From assembly GCF_044704955.1 (NCBI RefSeq), contig NC_091999.1, positions 40,424,001-40,488,000 on the forward strand: 64,000 bases of DNA, given 5' to 3'. Below are positions 25,480-36,680 of the stretch, piece after piece. The stretch's first letter is position 1; every line of letters begins with the position of its first letter. The position numbers and the translations under genes are program-made. This stretch comes from Pristiophorus japonicus (lineage: Eukaryota). Below the pieces are notes generated by a model, which saw nothing but the letters and a program-made list of their open reading frames with translations, was not told where the DNA came from and ran no database searches.

Positions 25480-26185
25480 TTCATGTGTGGACATGTATAA
25501 GTATGGTTATGTCGAAATGTTTGTTTATGTTGAGGTGTAAGTGTGTTTGAGTTTTCGTGTAACATTGTGTTTACATGTAAGTGTGTGTGTATGTTTTGTG
25601 TTAGTTTGTGTTTGGATTTATATGCATGTTCATGTTTGTGTAAGTGTGTTGAGGTGTGTGTTTTCCTGCAAGTGTATGGTTATGTCTCAATGTTGTTCAT
25701 GTTTAGATGTAAGTCTGTGTGTGTATGTGTGTGTATGTTTCGTGTAAGTGTGTGTTTTGATTGATGCGTGTGTATAAGTGCAATAGTGTGTTTGCATGTA
25801 AGCGTGTGTGTGTTTTGTGTATATCTGTATTTGGATTGATGCGTTTGTGTACGAGTGTGTATGTGTTTTGTGCAAGTCTGTGTGTGGATTGACGTGTATA
25901 TTTATCTGTGTGTAAGTCTGTTTGTGTGTTTTGTGTAAGTGTGTGTGTGGATTGATGTGTGTGTTTATGTGTGTGTAAGTTTGCTTTGTGCAAGTGTGTG
26001 CGTGGATAGATGTGTGTGTTTATATGTGTGTAAGTATGTATAAGTGTGTTTTGTATTAATGTGTGTGTGGATTGATGTATGTGTTGATATGTGTGTAAAT
26101 GTGTGTAAGTGTGTTTTGTGTTAGTGTGTGTCTGGATTGATATGTGTGTCTATGTTTTTGTAAGTGTGTATAAGTTTCAGTTGTG
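25480..26185. repeat. TG-rich degenerate tandem repeat
   Basis: Recurrent GTGTGTGTGGATTGATGTGTGTGTTTATGTGTGTGTAA-like units. Confidence 0.9.
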
Positions 26186-27108
26186 CAAGTGTACGTTTCG
26201 ATTGACGTTTATTATTGCTATTGTTCAAAGTTTCAGAGAGTACCAATAACTGGATTTGACAATGATGGTTTTCATTATATTCTAGTTATGTATAATATTA
26301 CGTGTCAGGTTGTTAGTATGTCTTTATATGTAAGTCTATGTGTGTTTATGTGTAATTGTGCACTTACACAAAAACACAAACTTATACAAAATCATCAAAA
26401 CACTCACATGTGAACACACACAAACTCACTTTCACATGTATTCTCCTCCGCTCTGTGTAAATGTGTTCTGTGTGAGGCGCAATGTGACATCAGCCGAACG
26501 AATGCAACAATTCAACCGATGGGCTTCAGCAACATCAGGGACACAACTGTGAGAAACCCGCAGAGGATTCAGTCACCAGTTTAGACATGGCCCATTAGAA
26601 TTCAACATGTTAGTTTACAATTAACAGGGACTTTTGCACCCCCAACCCTATTTAAAAATATTACGTGGAATAAATAGCTATTTCAGAATATAATACTCAT
26701 ATGGAAAGTTTAAAATCTTTAGATCATGGGTTAGAACGTACGATGGCAACTTACTGCATTTCAAAGAGAGTGGTTCACTTCCCATCTCCCTGCGGGAGGG
26801 GCAGTGGAGGTTACATGAATTACACGTTTCCCTTTCTCCTCTCGCTGGTGCGTGTGAGAGGTACAGTGAGTTAAAATTACCCTTTACTCCCTCTCAGCTG
26901 AAGTTACCTTCAGGAATCCTGTAATGAGAGAACTCCACCCAGTTTCTAACTCATGCTGTATCTGAGCTGGGAGCGCTGGCTGTACAAGCCTTGGGAACGA
27001 GATCCGCAAACACCCTATTTCAGATAAACAGCCCTCACATTGGCCAAAATAGGAAACATAATTAATTGTAAAGGCTGTGTGTTTAACTCACGATTGGAAG
27101 AAAAGCCC

Positions 27109-27166
27109 TTTATTGTTTTTTATTCAAGTACTGAAATGCAATCGAGACATTCTCATTGACAAGAAT
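27109..27166 (-). pseudogene. IGHM: Detached end of the IgM secretory tail (...SCQ-stop) with two AATAAA poly(A) signals
   Basis: Minus strand AT TCT TGT CAA TGA at 27166-27153; AATAAA at 27119-27124 and 27109-27114. Completes the shark mu tail ...D(T/N)VNSCQ*. Confidence 0.85.
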
Positions 27167-29098
27167 GTCGAAGAAAGCAATAAAGAAAGGAAAGATCGAT
27201 TACAAAGATAAACTTGCGCAAAACATGAAAACGGATAGTAAAAGCTTTTACAGATATGTAAAACGGAAAAAAGTGACGAAAGTAAATGTTGGTCCCTTAG
27301 AAGATGAGAAGGGAGTTTTAATAATGGGAAATGTGGAAATGGCTGAGAGCTTAAACAATTATTTTGCTTCGGTCTCCACAGTGGAAGACACAAAAACCAT
27401 GCCAGAAATTGCTGGTCAAAGGAATGTGGGAAGGGAGGACCTTGAGACAATCACTATCACTAGGGGGGTAGTGCTGGACAGGCTAATGGGACTCAAGGTA
27501 GACAAGTCCCCAGGTCCTGATGAAATGCATCCCAGGGTATTAAAATCGATGGCGGAAGTTATAGCAGATGCATTCGTTATAATCCACCAAAACTCTATGG
27601 ACTCTGGGGAGGTACCAGCGGATTGGAAAGAAGCTAATGTAACACTTCTGTGTAAAAAAAGAGGGCAGACAAAAGGCAGGTAACTATAGGCCGGTTAGTT
27701 TAACATCTGTAGTGGGGAAAATGCTTGAAACTATCATTAAGGAAGAAATAGCGGGACATCTAGATTGGAATAGTGCAATCAAGCAGACGCAGCATGGATT
27801 CATGAAGGGGTAATCATGTTTAACAAATTTACTGGAATTCTTTGAGGAGTTAACGAGCATGGTGGATAGAGGTGAACCGATGGATGTGGTGTATTTAGAT
27901 TTTCAAAAGGCATTCGATAAGGTCCCACACAAAAAGTTACTGCAGAAGATAAAGGGACACGGAGTCAGAGGAAATGTATTAGCATGGATAGAAAATTGGC
28001 TGGCTAACAGAAAACAGAGAGTCGCGATGAATGGGTCCTTTTCGGGTTGGAAATCGGTGGTTAGTGGTGTGCCACAGGGATCGATGCTGGGACTACAACT
28101 GTTTACAATATACATAGATGACCTGGAAGAGGGGACAGTGTGTAGTGTAACAAAATTTGCAGATGACACAAAGATTAGTGGGAAAGCGGGTTGTGCAGAG
28201 GACACAGAAAGGATGCAAAGAGATTTAGATAGGTTAAGCGAATGGGCTAAGGCTTGCCAGATGGAATACAATGTCGGAAAGTGTGAGGTCATCCACCTTG
28301 AAGAAAAAAAACACGCAAAGGGAATATTATTTGAATGGGGAGAAATTATAACATGCTGCGATGCAGAGGGATCTGGGGGTCCTTGTCCATGAATCCCAAG
28401 ATGTTAGTTTGCAGGTGCAGCAGGTAATCAGGAAGGCGAATGGAATGTTGGCCTTCATTGCCAGAGGGATGGAGTACAAAAGCAGGGAGGTCCTTCTGCA
28501 ACTGTATAGGGTGTTGGTGAGGCCGCACCTGGAGTACTGCGTGCAGTTTTGGCCACCTTACTTAAGGAAGGATATACTAGCTTTGGAGGGGGTACAGAGT
28601 TGATTCACGAGGCTGATTCAGGAGATGAGGGGGTTACCTTATGATGATAGATTGAGTAGAGTGGGTCTTTACTCGTTGGAGTTCAGAAGGATGAGGGGTG
28701 ATCGATAGAAACATTTCAAACAATGACAGGCATACACAAGATAGAGGCAGTGGGGTTGTTTCCACTGGTCGGGGAGACTAGAACTAGGGGGCAGAGACTC
28801 AAAATACGAGTGAGCCAATTTAAAACTGAGTTGAGAAGGAATTTCTTCTCCAACAAAGTTGTGAATCTGTGGAATTCTCTGCAAAGGGGAGGAATTGAGG
28901 ATAGCTCATTGAATGTATTCAATTCACAGATAGATAGATTTTTAACCAATAAGGGAATTAAGGGTTATGGGGAGCGGGCGGGTAAGTGGAGCTGAGTCCA
29001 AGCCCAGATCAGCCCTGATCTTGTTGAATGGCGGAGCAGGCTCGAGAGGCTAGATGGCCTTCTCCTGTTCCTAATTCTTATGTTCTTATGTTCTTATG
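27167..29098 (+). mobile_element. 5'-truncated CR1 LINE inserted in the IgM secretory tail
   Basis: RT motifs [51 protein letters not shown]; (TTCTTATG)3 tail ending at 29098. Confidence 0.95.
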
Positions 29099-29461
29099 AC
29101 GTTGTCCATCAGAACAAGGGAAATGCTTTACCACTGGATTTATTGACGGTTCTGTTGGTGATTATCAATGGGATCACTTCATGTCCCACCACACAGGAGT
29201 GAGAGTCGCCGCTGGCCCATTCCTTGGCTGCAATGGATAGCAGGCTGTACATGAAGAAGGATCTGCTGCCGTTCTCCGCCATCACCTCGGTGTTCTTGTA
29301 GTTGCCGTAATCCACCAGTTTATCATTGATGGTCCTTTTGACGAAGATCTCTCGGGGGGAGAAACCTCTCACTAAGCAGGTGAGGCTGACCAACCTCTGA
29401 GCAGAGACTTCTTCTGCTGAGGGCAGGAGGACAGACATGGCCGGTTCCCGCGGATCTTTCG
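29097..29461 (-). pseudogene. IGHM: IgM heavy chain Cmu4 exon plus proximal secretory tail
   Basis: [41 protein letters not shown]...[20 protein letters not shown] is typical shark Cmu4. Acceptor at 29462; TM splice donor G|gtaaag at 29131. Conserved Trp is replaced by Arg and the tail is frameshifted by a deletion. Confidence 0.93.
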
Positions 29462-30378
29462 CTGTAGGACAGTTACAACAAAGGCCAATGAACTGGATAG
29501 TTCCAGAGACAATGGGGGAATTTCAACCCAATACAGCGGGCGGGTTGTGGGCGTGGAGGTTGTTAAATTGGTAAAAATCAGAATCCCGACCTCAACTCGC
29601 CTACTTCCAGTTGTAATATTATATTTGAGTAATATATTTAAATGAGATTGGAATCCTCTATTTTAACCACCATTTGGTGTTTAACTGTCGCTGGTCCGGC
29701 TTGACAAACTGTGTAAATCTCAGCAGTTACAGCAAGGCGGGGATTGCTGCGCCCAGCTGGTAATTGCCCTTACACCGACCTCCTGGATCCAGGGTCCCTG
29801 CCTAACCCATCGCCCGCGATCCGCGACCTCCTCACTCGGCTTCCAATCCTCCCGCTTTCACTGGTGGCCTGTGAGACCAACGCCCACAACTCGCCTTCCT
29901 CATTTAAATTCAGCCATTTTCCGATGGTTAGATGTGAGAGAAATGGACACTGCATTGCATTTTAACGTTTTACCTTTTCCCCTCTGTTGCCTCTCTGGTT
30001 TTCCATCCCTTATCAGAGGGAACGTGATCTTTCTCTCTGAAATCTTGAAGCGTTGGACTGGAAAATGACATAGAATTTAATGCACAGAACGAGGAGATTT
30101 GGCCAACTGGTCTATGCCGGTGGTTGTGATCCACACAAGCCTCCTCCGAGCCCACTTCATCTAAACCTAATAATATACCCTTCTATTTCTTTCTCGCTCA
30201 TGGACTTATCCAGTTTCCACCAAAATACATAATCTCAGGTCCCAGAGTGCTGAGTTGGTGGAATTACCAACCTGAATGATCAGAGTAGCCATTAAACACT
30301 TTATATAATCAATTGGCCCTTGCACACGCATCGAAATTGTCGCAGTTTCTCACTTATTGCAACAATCTCCCCGCTCAC

Positions 30379-30686
30379 CCTTTTCCTTGTGGCTGGAATC
30401 TCTGAGAGGAATCGGCATATCCTGATGGCTCACCACGCAGTAGAACTTATCCCCACTCAGCCAGTCTTTTGTCGAGATGTTTAAGTTGCTGATCACACTG
30501 TTGGGATCCTCTCTGGGTTGGACGGCAATCTCTGATTTCAAAGTCTCGTTTTTTAGGGTCCAGGTCACGGTGAGCCCATAAGGAGCGTCAGACACGACAA
30601 ACGTTAAGGTCACCGTCGCCTCCAGTAAAACCTGTTCCAATTACGGTGGGCGAAGAGTGATTTTTAATCGCTGCATGGGACATCCA
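30379..30686 (-). pseudogene. IGHM: IgM Cmu3 exon
   Basis: [22 protein letters not shown]...[22 protein letters not shown]. Acceptor at 30687, donor gtgagc at 30378. TAA at 30641-30643, first Cys changed to Phe, and a probable 1-nt deletion near the 5' end. Confidence 0.92.
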
Positions 30687-31391
30687 CTGCGAAACAGGAA
30701 TGAAAGTCAGGAAAAGCCGCATCTTCAGAATCAGGACACCAATAATTAGCCTTAACTCTTTCAAGGGGAAATTCTCACTTTTGAGATATCAACCTCTCGC
30801 TATTGCTTGAACACCGTTGTTATGGAAGGACAATGAATTGGCAACGATTCCGGGAGGTCTGTAATATTTCCTGTGTATTTGAGCCAGAGCCACCTGTAAT
30901 GGGCTATGAAACAAATACCTGGCGTAAAATGGGAATACATTGGGACGCAATTGTGATAGGCACTGAATAGCGCTCTTTCTGAAATCCTTTGCTCCTTTAC
31001 GCCCGTCTATAGATTATTGCACCCAAGTGCATCTCCACTGGTTATAATAGCTGAAGCCCGAATAGCCCAAGTTCAAGAGGTCTACACTAGCATTATACTT
31101 GTTCAAAACCAGTGTCAAATTAATTTCAGGATTTATGGGACAACAGGAAACAAAGTTAAGTTTCTAGTCTTTTGCTGCTATTTTTGTTGCGATGAAAATG
31201 TGCACGAACCAGTCACATCCCCCGTCAGAGAAGAAGTGCAAGTTCCGGAGAATGGAGTTGCAAGGAATCTTTTGTGGTGGGGCATCATTTGTAATGATGT
31301 GAGGTAGTTTGTTAATATCTGTAATTACTGAACATTTATCATGTCTGGTGAGAGAGATTCAGAAAGCACTATGACCTCAGGGCATTAATAG

Positions 31392-31910
31392 TAACATAGG
31401 AATAGGAGAAGGCCATTCAGCCCATCCATTCTGTCCCGCCATCTAGTTAGATCATGGCTGATCAACACTCAACACCATCTTCACGCCTTGGTTATGTAAC
31501 CCATGATAACCTTGCCGAACAAAAATCTATCAATTTCAGTTTTCAACTTTTCAATTGAAAGCAAGTGTCAGCAGATTTTGGGGAGGGAAATCCCGACTTG
31601 CACTATTCTTCCTGTGAGAAAATCCTTTCTGACATCACCTCTGCACGGCCTAACTCTAATGTTAAGGTTCTGCTACTTGTTGTGGACTCTCACATCAAAC
31701 TAAATAAATGTTTCTATAACTAATCGATACAATTCCATTTATCAACTTAAACACGTCAATTGTATCATCTCTTGACGTTCTATACTCACCACCTGATCAT
31801 TTTACATTATTAGCCCCGGTATAATTCGGGTAAACCTGCAGTTTAGCACCTCCACGTATATCCTTCCTCAGGTGCGGAGCCCAGAATTGGGCTCAGTACT
31901 CTGAATAGGG
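31392..31910 (-). mobile_element. Old CR1 3' fragment in the Cmu2-Cmu3 intron
   Basis: Reverse of the CR1 3' UTR (AACATAGGAATAGGAGAAGGCCATTCAGCC) and of the LEYxAQFWAP segment. Confidence 0.7.
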
Positions 31911-32099
31911 TAGATGCCCATTCTTGCAGTGGGTTCCTGGACAGTTAGCATTAAAGGATTCCAGACTCCTATTGCCATTCCGTATATGATCAGCCAACTC
32001 AGGATATACCTGAGACTAAGGACACTTCACTCACTGCCTGACACCAGAGCAAGGGGAAAGCTTCTTTGGCGAGGATAATAAATCCTGAGCAATGAGGAA

Positions 32100-32522
32100 T
32101 CCTGAACCAGAAGATCGTGGGTTGAAGTCTCACTCCAGTTATTTGATCACAGTATGTAAGCTGAGTCTCTCAGTGCAGTACTGGGGGCGTGGTGCATTGT
32201 CGGAGGTGCCGTATTTCGGATCATGTGTTAAACCAAGAATCCGTCTAGCCTCTCAGGTGGAGGTAAAAGTTCCCCTGGAATTATTTCAATGAAAAGCAGA
32301 GGAGTTCTCCCTGGTGTCCTGGGAATATTAATACCTCAAGAAATAACACTAAACAAAAAAAATAGTCGTTATCACACTGCTGTTTGTGGGAGCTTGCTGT
32401 GCACTAAATGACTGCCGCACTTTATACATTACAACTGTGACCACATTTCACAACTTAATTCATTGCCTGGCAAGCGCTTTGGTTCAGTCTGTGGTCGCTG
32501 AAGGCGCTGTATAAAGGCAACA
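32100..32522 (+). mobile_element. DeuSINE (SacSINE1-like)
   Basis: Deu-domain-like GTGCCGTATTTCGGATCATGTGTTAAACC...CTCTCAGGTGGAGGTAAAAGTTCCC, B-box-like GGTTGAAGTCT, and tail AAGCGCTTTGG...GGCGCTGTATAAAGGCAA. Confidence 0.75.
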
Positions 32523-32657
32523 TTGTATCGCAAGAATACACAAACTGCATGATTGGAAATTAGGAATATTCCTCTGCTTTCTACTAATTTCAATCAAAGT
32601 CCTGACTGAGATCAACGCTCAGAATGGTCTGGAACATCCCTGGATTGTGCCTCTTAC

Positions 32658-32978
32658 CCTGAGATCTGCTGAAGTTACGGCTTTGTGTGCCCCATTCATG
32701 AGTGACCTGGCAGGTGTAGACCGAGCCGGTGAACCATTCCCTGTCGGGGAGTGTCAGCCGACTGGCCGTCAAAACGTTTCTGTTCATCTCAAAGGCGGGA
32801 GAGGTGGTGAAGCCCGAATCCAGGAGTTGTTCACTCTTCAGCCAATTCATGGTCAGTGACTTTGGCCTTAATTCGATGATTGAACACATGGCGCTTGCAT
32901 ATCTGCTGCTGATGATTTGTTCAGTGGAGCTTAGCAAGAGGAGAACAATTGGAGGAACGATGATCCGTTCAGGACGTT
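32658..32978 (-). pseudogene. IGHM: IgM Cmu2 exon (reading frame open, splice acceptor damaged)
   Basis: PPIVLLLLSSTEQIISSRYASAMCSII...WLK...SGFTTSP...VYTCQVTHE..QSRNFSRSQ; donor G|gtaag at 32657. No AG at the expected acceptor (ccttctcgtaaacgt). Confidence 0.9.
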
Positions 32979-33097
32979 TACGAGAAGGCATTTTATTGAC
33001 ATTGCTTGTAAAATAAATGATTAAGAAATGCAAAGTGTCCTTATATTTTAACAAGTTCTTTGCTGTCAGATTCACACTAACCTGGCATTTGAAGAGA

Positions 33098-33432
33098 GCA
33101 AGATTGTGCACAGTATACTCAGTGTAATATGCAGACCAGAACTGTGCATAATATTCTAAGTGCGATATGGGGACCAGAACCATGCACAGTATTCTAAGTG
33201 TGATAGGGAGACCAGAGCTGTGCATACTATTCTAAGTATGATATGGAGACCAGAACTTCACACAGTATTCTAAGTATGAGAAGGAAAGCAGAATTGTAAA
33301 CAATATTCTAAATGTGATAAGGAAACTAGAACTGTGCACAGTATTCTAAGTATTATATGGAGACCAGAACTATGCACAGTACTCTAACTGTTGTCTAACC
33401 AAGTTTCTATACAAGTTGAACATAACTTCTCA
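33098..33432 (-). repeat. 38-bp minisatellite (~8 copies) derived from a CR1 RT fragment
   Basis: Unit starts at 33136, 33174, 33212, 33250, 33288, 33326, 33364. The minus strand reads EVMFNLYRNLVRQQLEYCA*FWS and then repeats the HLEYCAQFWS segment. Confidence 0.85.
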
Positions 33433-33469
33433 CCTTATCAGAGTTTGCCCTGTATCTCACATCATTAAC

Positions 33470-33769
33470 CTGACATTGTGATGTTCCACACCGATCCACC
33501 ACGTCGAACCTCGCAGCAAATTGTGCTGCTCTCCAACTCGGACTCGGTGATGGTTAACTGGCTGCTCAGTGTGTAGGCTCAATTCTTTTTGATCAATGAC
33601 GGGTAGATCTTCAATCCAGTGGTGATCGGCTCTTTATCTTCCTTCCAGAAAAGTCTGATGATGTCAGGGGAGTAGTCCATCACCAAACAGCCCTACGTGA
33701 TGGAGCCATCGGTGCTGGGTTGTTCACAGGAGGCGAACAGGGCGCAGAGGGTGGGGGGAGACCGTGTTA
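33470..33769 (-). pseudogene. IGHM: IgM Cmu1 exon
   Basis: [79 protein letters not shown]. Acceptor ttcccag| at 33770; stops at 33693-33695 and 33579-33581. The 3' donor is tentative (G|gttaat at 33469). Confidence 0.92.
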
Positions 33770-34689
33770 CTGGGAAGGAATGGCCCATTGAACAAGTTAG
33801 ACTCTGTAATCCGTGCTTATAAAAGAAATAAACAAATCGAAATTTGACTGCAGAATAAACTAATTCCACCATTTCTCCATCAAAGACTACACAGGCATTT
33901 GAGCTTCTGTCAGTTCTATCGTAAGCACTTGTCAATGCGCTGGTCAGGAACGCACCTCTCTATCACCGAGCTCTATCACATTACACAACAAGAACCTTTG
34001 CACAACTCGTCAATAAAGACGCCTTCATTGGATCATACAATAGCAAAACAGAGAAATGTTCCTGTTATTTCGGCCTGCATTTATTTCTCAATCAGCACCA
34101 TTTCTTGTCCTTTATTTAATTGCAGTTTGGGGAAATTTGCTCTGTGCACGTTGCCTGCGGTTTATCAGTACAAAACAACAGTGACTGCACTTCAAAGTAA
34201 CATCGGAATTCCTGCTTCGGACGTTAGCAAAAAACCCTCCAAACTTGCCTACCACATAATTCAACAGGTAGCATTTCCATAGTCTAGTTTCTAAGATGCA
34301 AGTTGTAAATGAACCGCGATTGAGTCGAATTTATTCCTTATTTTCTCAGCATTTGAGGGAGAGCGATGTCCTTCAGCGCACTGTGATCTGAGCTCTATTC
34401 CATCCTATTATATGCATGTCTCTTGAGTAGCCTGCTTCCTGCCACTCAATTAATAATCCGAATAAAATACCATTCCAAAATCCGATTAATTTGAAGTTAC
34501 TCCTTAAATGGCCCGTTTCAATTCCCATTGTTGTTCTTGTTGTATAACAATGACATGGACTTGGTTACAGGGAATACAATTTCGAAGTTCAAAAATAATG
34601 CAAAACCTGGCAACGTAGAGAATAGTGAGCATGATAGCAGCAGACTCCATGAGGAGACAGATGGACCAGTGAAATAGGCTGGGACATGG

Positions 34690-35440
34690 CAATTACAATT
34701 AAATGCGAATCATTGAGAAGCGATGCAGATTGGGTGGAAGTTGGAGAGGCAGTATAATCTAAATAGTATTATTTTGAGGGGATGCACGAATAGAGAGATC
34801 TGGATGTACATATTCACAAATCTTTGAAGATGGCAGGGCAAACTGGTAAGGCTGTTAGGAAAGCGTATGGGATACTTGACTTTGTAAATGGGGCATTCAC
34901 TACAAAATCAAGGTGGTTATGCTAAACTTACAGATCACGTGTTAGGCTTCAGCTGGACTATTGCGTACAATTTTGTAACCACAATGTAGGAAGGATGTCA
35001 AGCCCTTGGGGAGTGTAAAGGGAAGGCTTTTAGCTGGATGATGCCAGGGATGGGGTCTTCAGTTATGTCGAAAGATTGGAGAAGCTGGGATATTCTCCTT
35101 AGAGCAGAGGTTAAGAGGAGACCTAAGAGAGATATTCAACATTATGTCAGGTTTTGATATACTAACTCGGGAGAAATTGTTCCGCTGGAAAATAGGTGGG
35201 TAACCAAATGTCGCAGTTTTAAAATAATTGTGAAAAGATCAGAAGGTAAAATTCAGGTGATTTTTTTCACACAGAGGGTTGGTAATTTCAGGAATGCTCC
35301 AGGCAGTATCTCCTGTACGTCAGGAGGACTCATTTGCACGTTTATAATGTTAACTCTGGGGAGTTGGACTAAATTGGACAGCTCTTTCAGAGCCGGCACA
35401 GGCACAATGCCTGAATGGCCTCTTCCAATGCTGTGAGATG
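34690..35440 (+). mobile_element. Old CR1 3' fragment in the J-C intron
   Basis: Degenerate RDLDVHIHKSLK, LDYCVQF, FFTQRV segments and a GAATGGCCTCTTCC 3' end. Confidence 0.75.
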
Positions 35441-36164
35441 CTATCAGTCTACACGAGTCAGTGGGAATAGTTCTTCTAGATTTCATGGAAGGAAACACTT
35501 CATATTTTCGATACCTCTACCAGATCTATTTTTATTGTTCGTTATAATGAAAGAGGATATTTAAAATAAAGGGATCTTATGAATCTGACGCAAATTAGTC
35601 AATCGCATGCTGTTAGAAAGGCTTAAATTCATTGCGAATGATGACGTATTGCAGGTTGACTCTCTCTCTTTAAATGATTCACAGAATTGCAGCCCAGTGA
35701 CTGTGTGCCTTGTGTTGTGACCCAGGCTATTAGCTGCATCTCGTCACAGTTTGTCCCTGCCTTTAACCTTCTCAGGAAGAATTGGACAACATAATGTTTC
35801 TAAACATGAGGTCCCCATGACGGTTATTTGAAGTGGGAGTCTCGATATTCTCTATTTTAATTGTGGAAATAACTTGTAACCTCCCATCAGATCAGAACAG
35901 GCGCTGCTTTCTGGAGCGTTATTCACTTCCTCAAACTGTTTGTTCTGAAAGTGAGCTGAGGATCAGGCCAATCATGTTCATTAGTAATCTGATGCTCAAA
36001 ATGTTCAAACATTAATAACTCATTAAAAATTGGGCATTTTTTCAGAAAGAATATAAACATCAAAGAATGTGCGCTTTTTAATCTGGGCAATGGGACGAAT
36101 TATTGTATATATCTGGCACGAGCAGTTTATCTGCTATCTGTTAGTCGCAGATAACGGTGACTAG

Positions 36165-36680
36165 AACACTGCCTGACCAAGCACTCTCAGGTCAGATACA
36201 GCACGGATAAGAGAGCAAAGCTCCCGCTATGCTGCCGTGTGGTCAGGACAGGTATAGCAAGTGTTGCACACAGAGTAATATGTTATCTATACTATCCCGT
36301 CAAACATTCCCAGCTCAAGTACTGCAGAGATGTGCTACGAAATGTCTCCCCATAAAATGTGTTATCAAATTGACCGATTAATTAAGCACAATTATGACGA
36401 GTACAAAGAAAAGCTTCCAATACACTCTCCCATTAAAGCGCACCACCCCTCCAAAGCTCTGATTAAATAGAAGATCATTCTATATTGAAGGACGCAATTA
36501 AGTTCCACGTCCTTGTAAAGAAAAGGTTAAATACTGATTAAAGCTATCTCTGCAATGTCCCATCAAGCACTGCCAGATAAGATAACGCACGGGTTAGTTG
36601 CAGAGTAAAGCTTCCTATCAAACACTGTCAGGGCAGGTACAACCGGGTTAGAAACTGATTAAAGCTCCTTCGACTGTCTC
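36165..36680 (+). repeat. Degenerate ~66-bp tandem repeat (same family as 48690-49180)
   Basis: Recurrent CAGAGTAAAGCT.CC...CCCATCAAACACT.CCAGGGCAGGTACAGCACGGGTTAG. Confidence 0.75.

Noticed and set aside
25541-25993. Cys/Val- and His/Thr-rich ORFs
   Set aside because: Translations of the TG/CA-rich repeat.
32590-33225. 211-aa ORF as a novel CR1-Ig fusion protein
   Set aside because: Chance read-through from the CR1-derived minisatellite and intron into the open Cmu2 exon; no promoter or signal peptide.
33425-33440. gtgaga as the Cmu1 splice donor
   Set aside because: It would add several stops, and it coincides with the start of the CR1 fragment.
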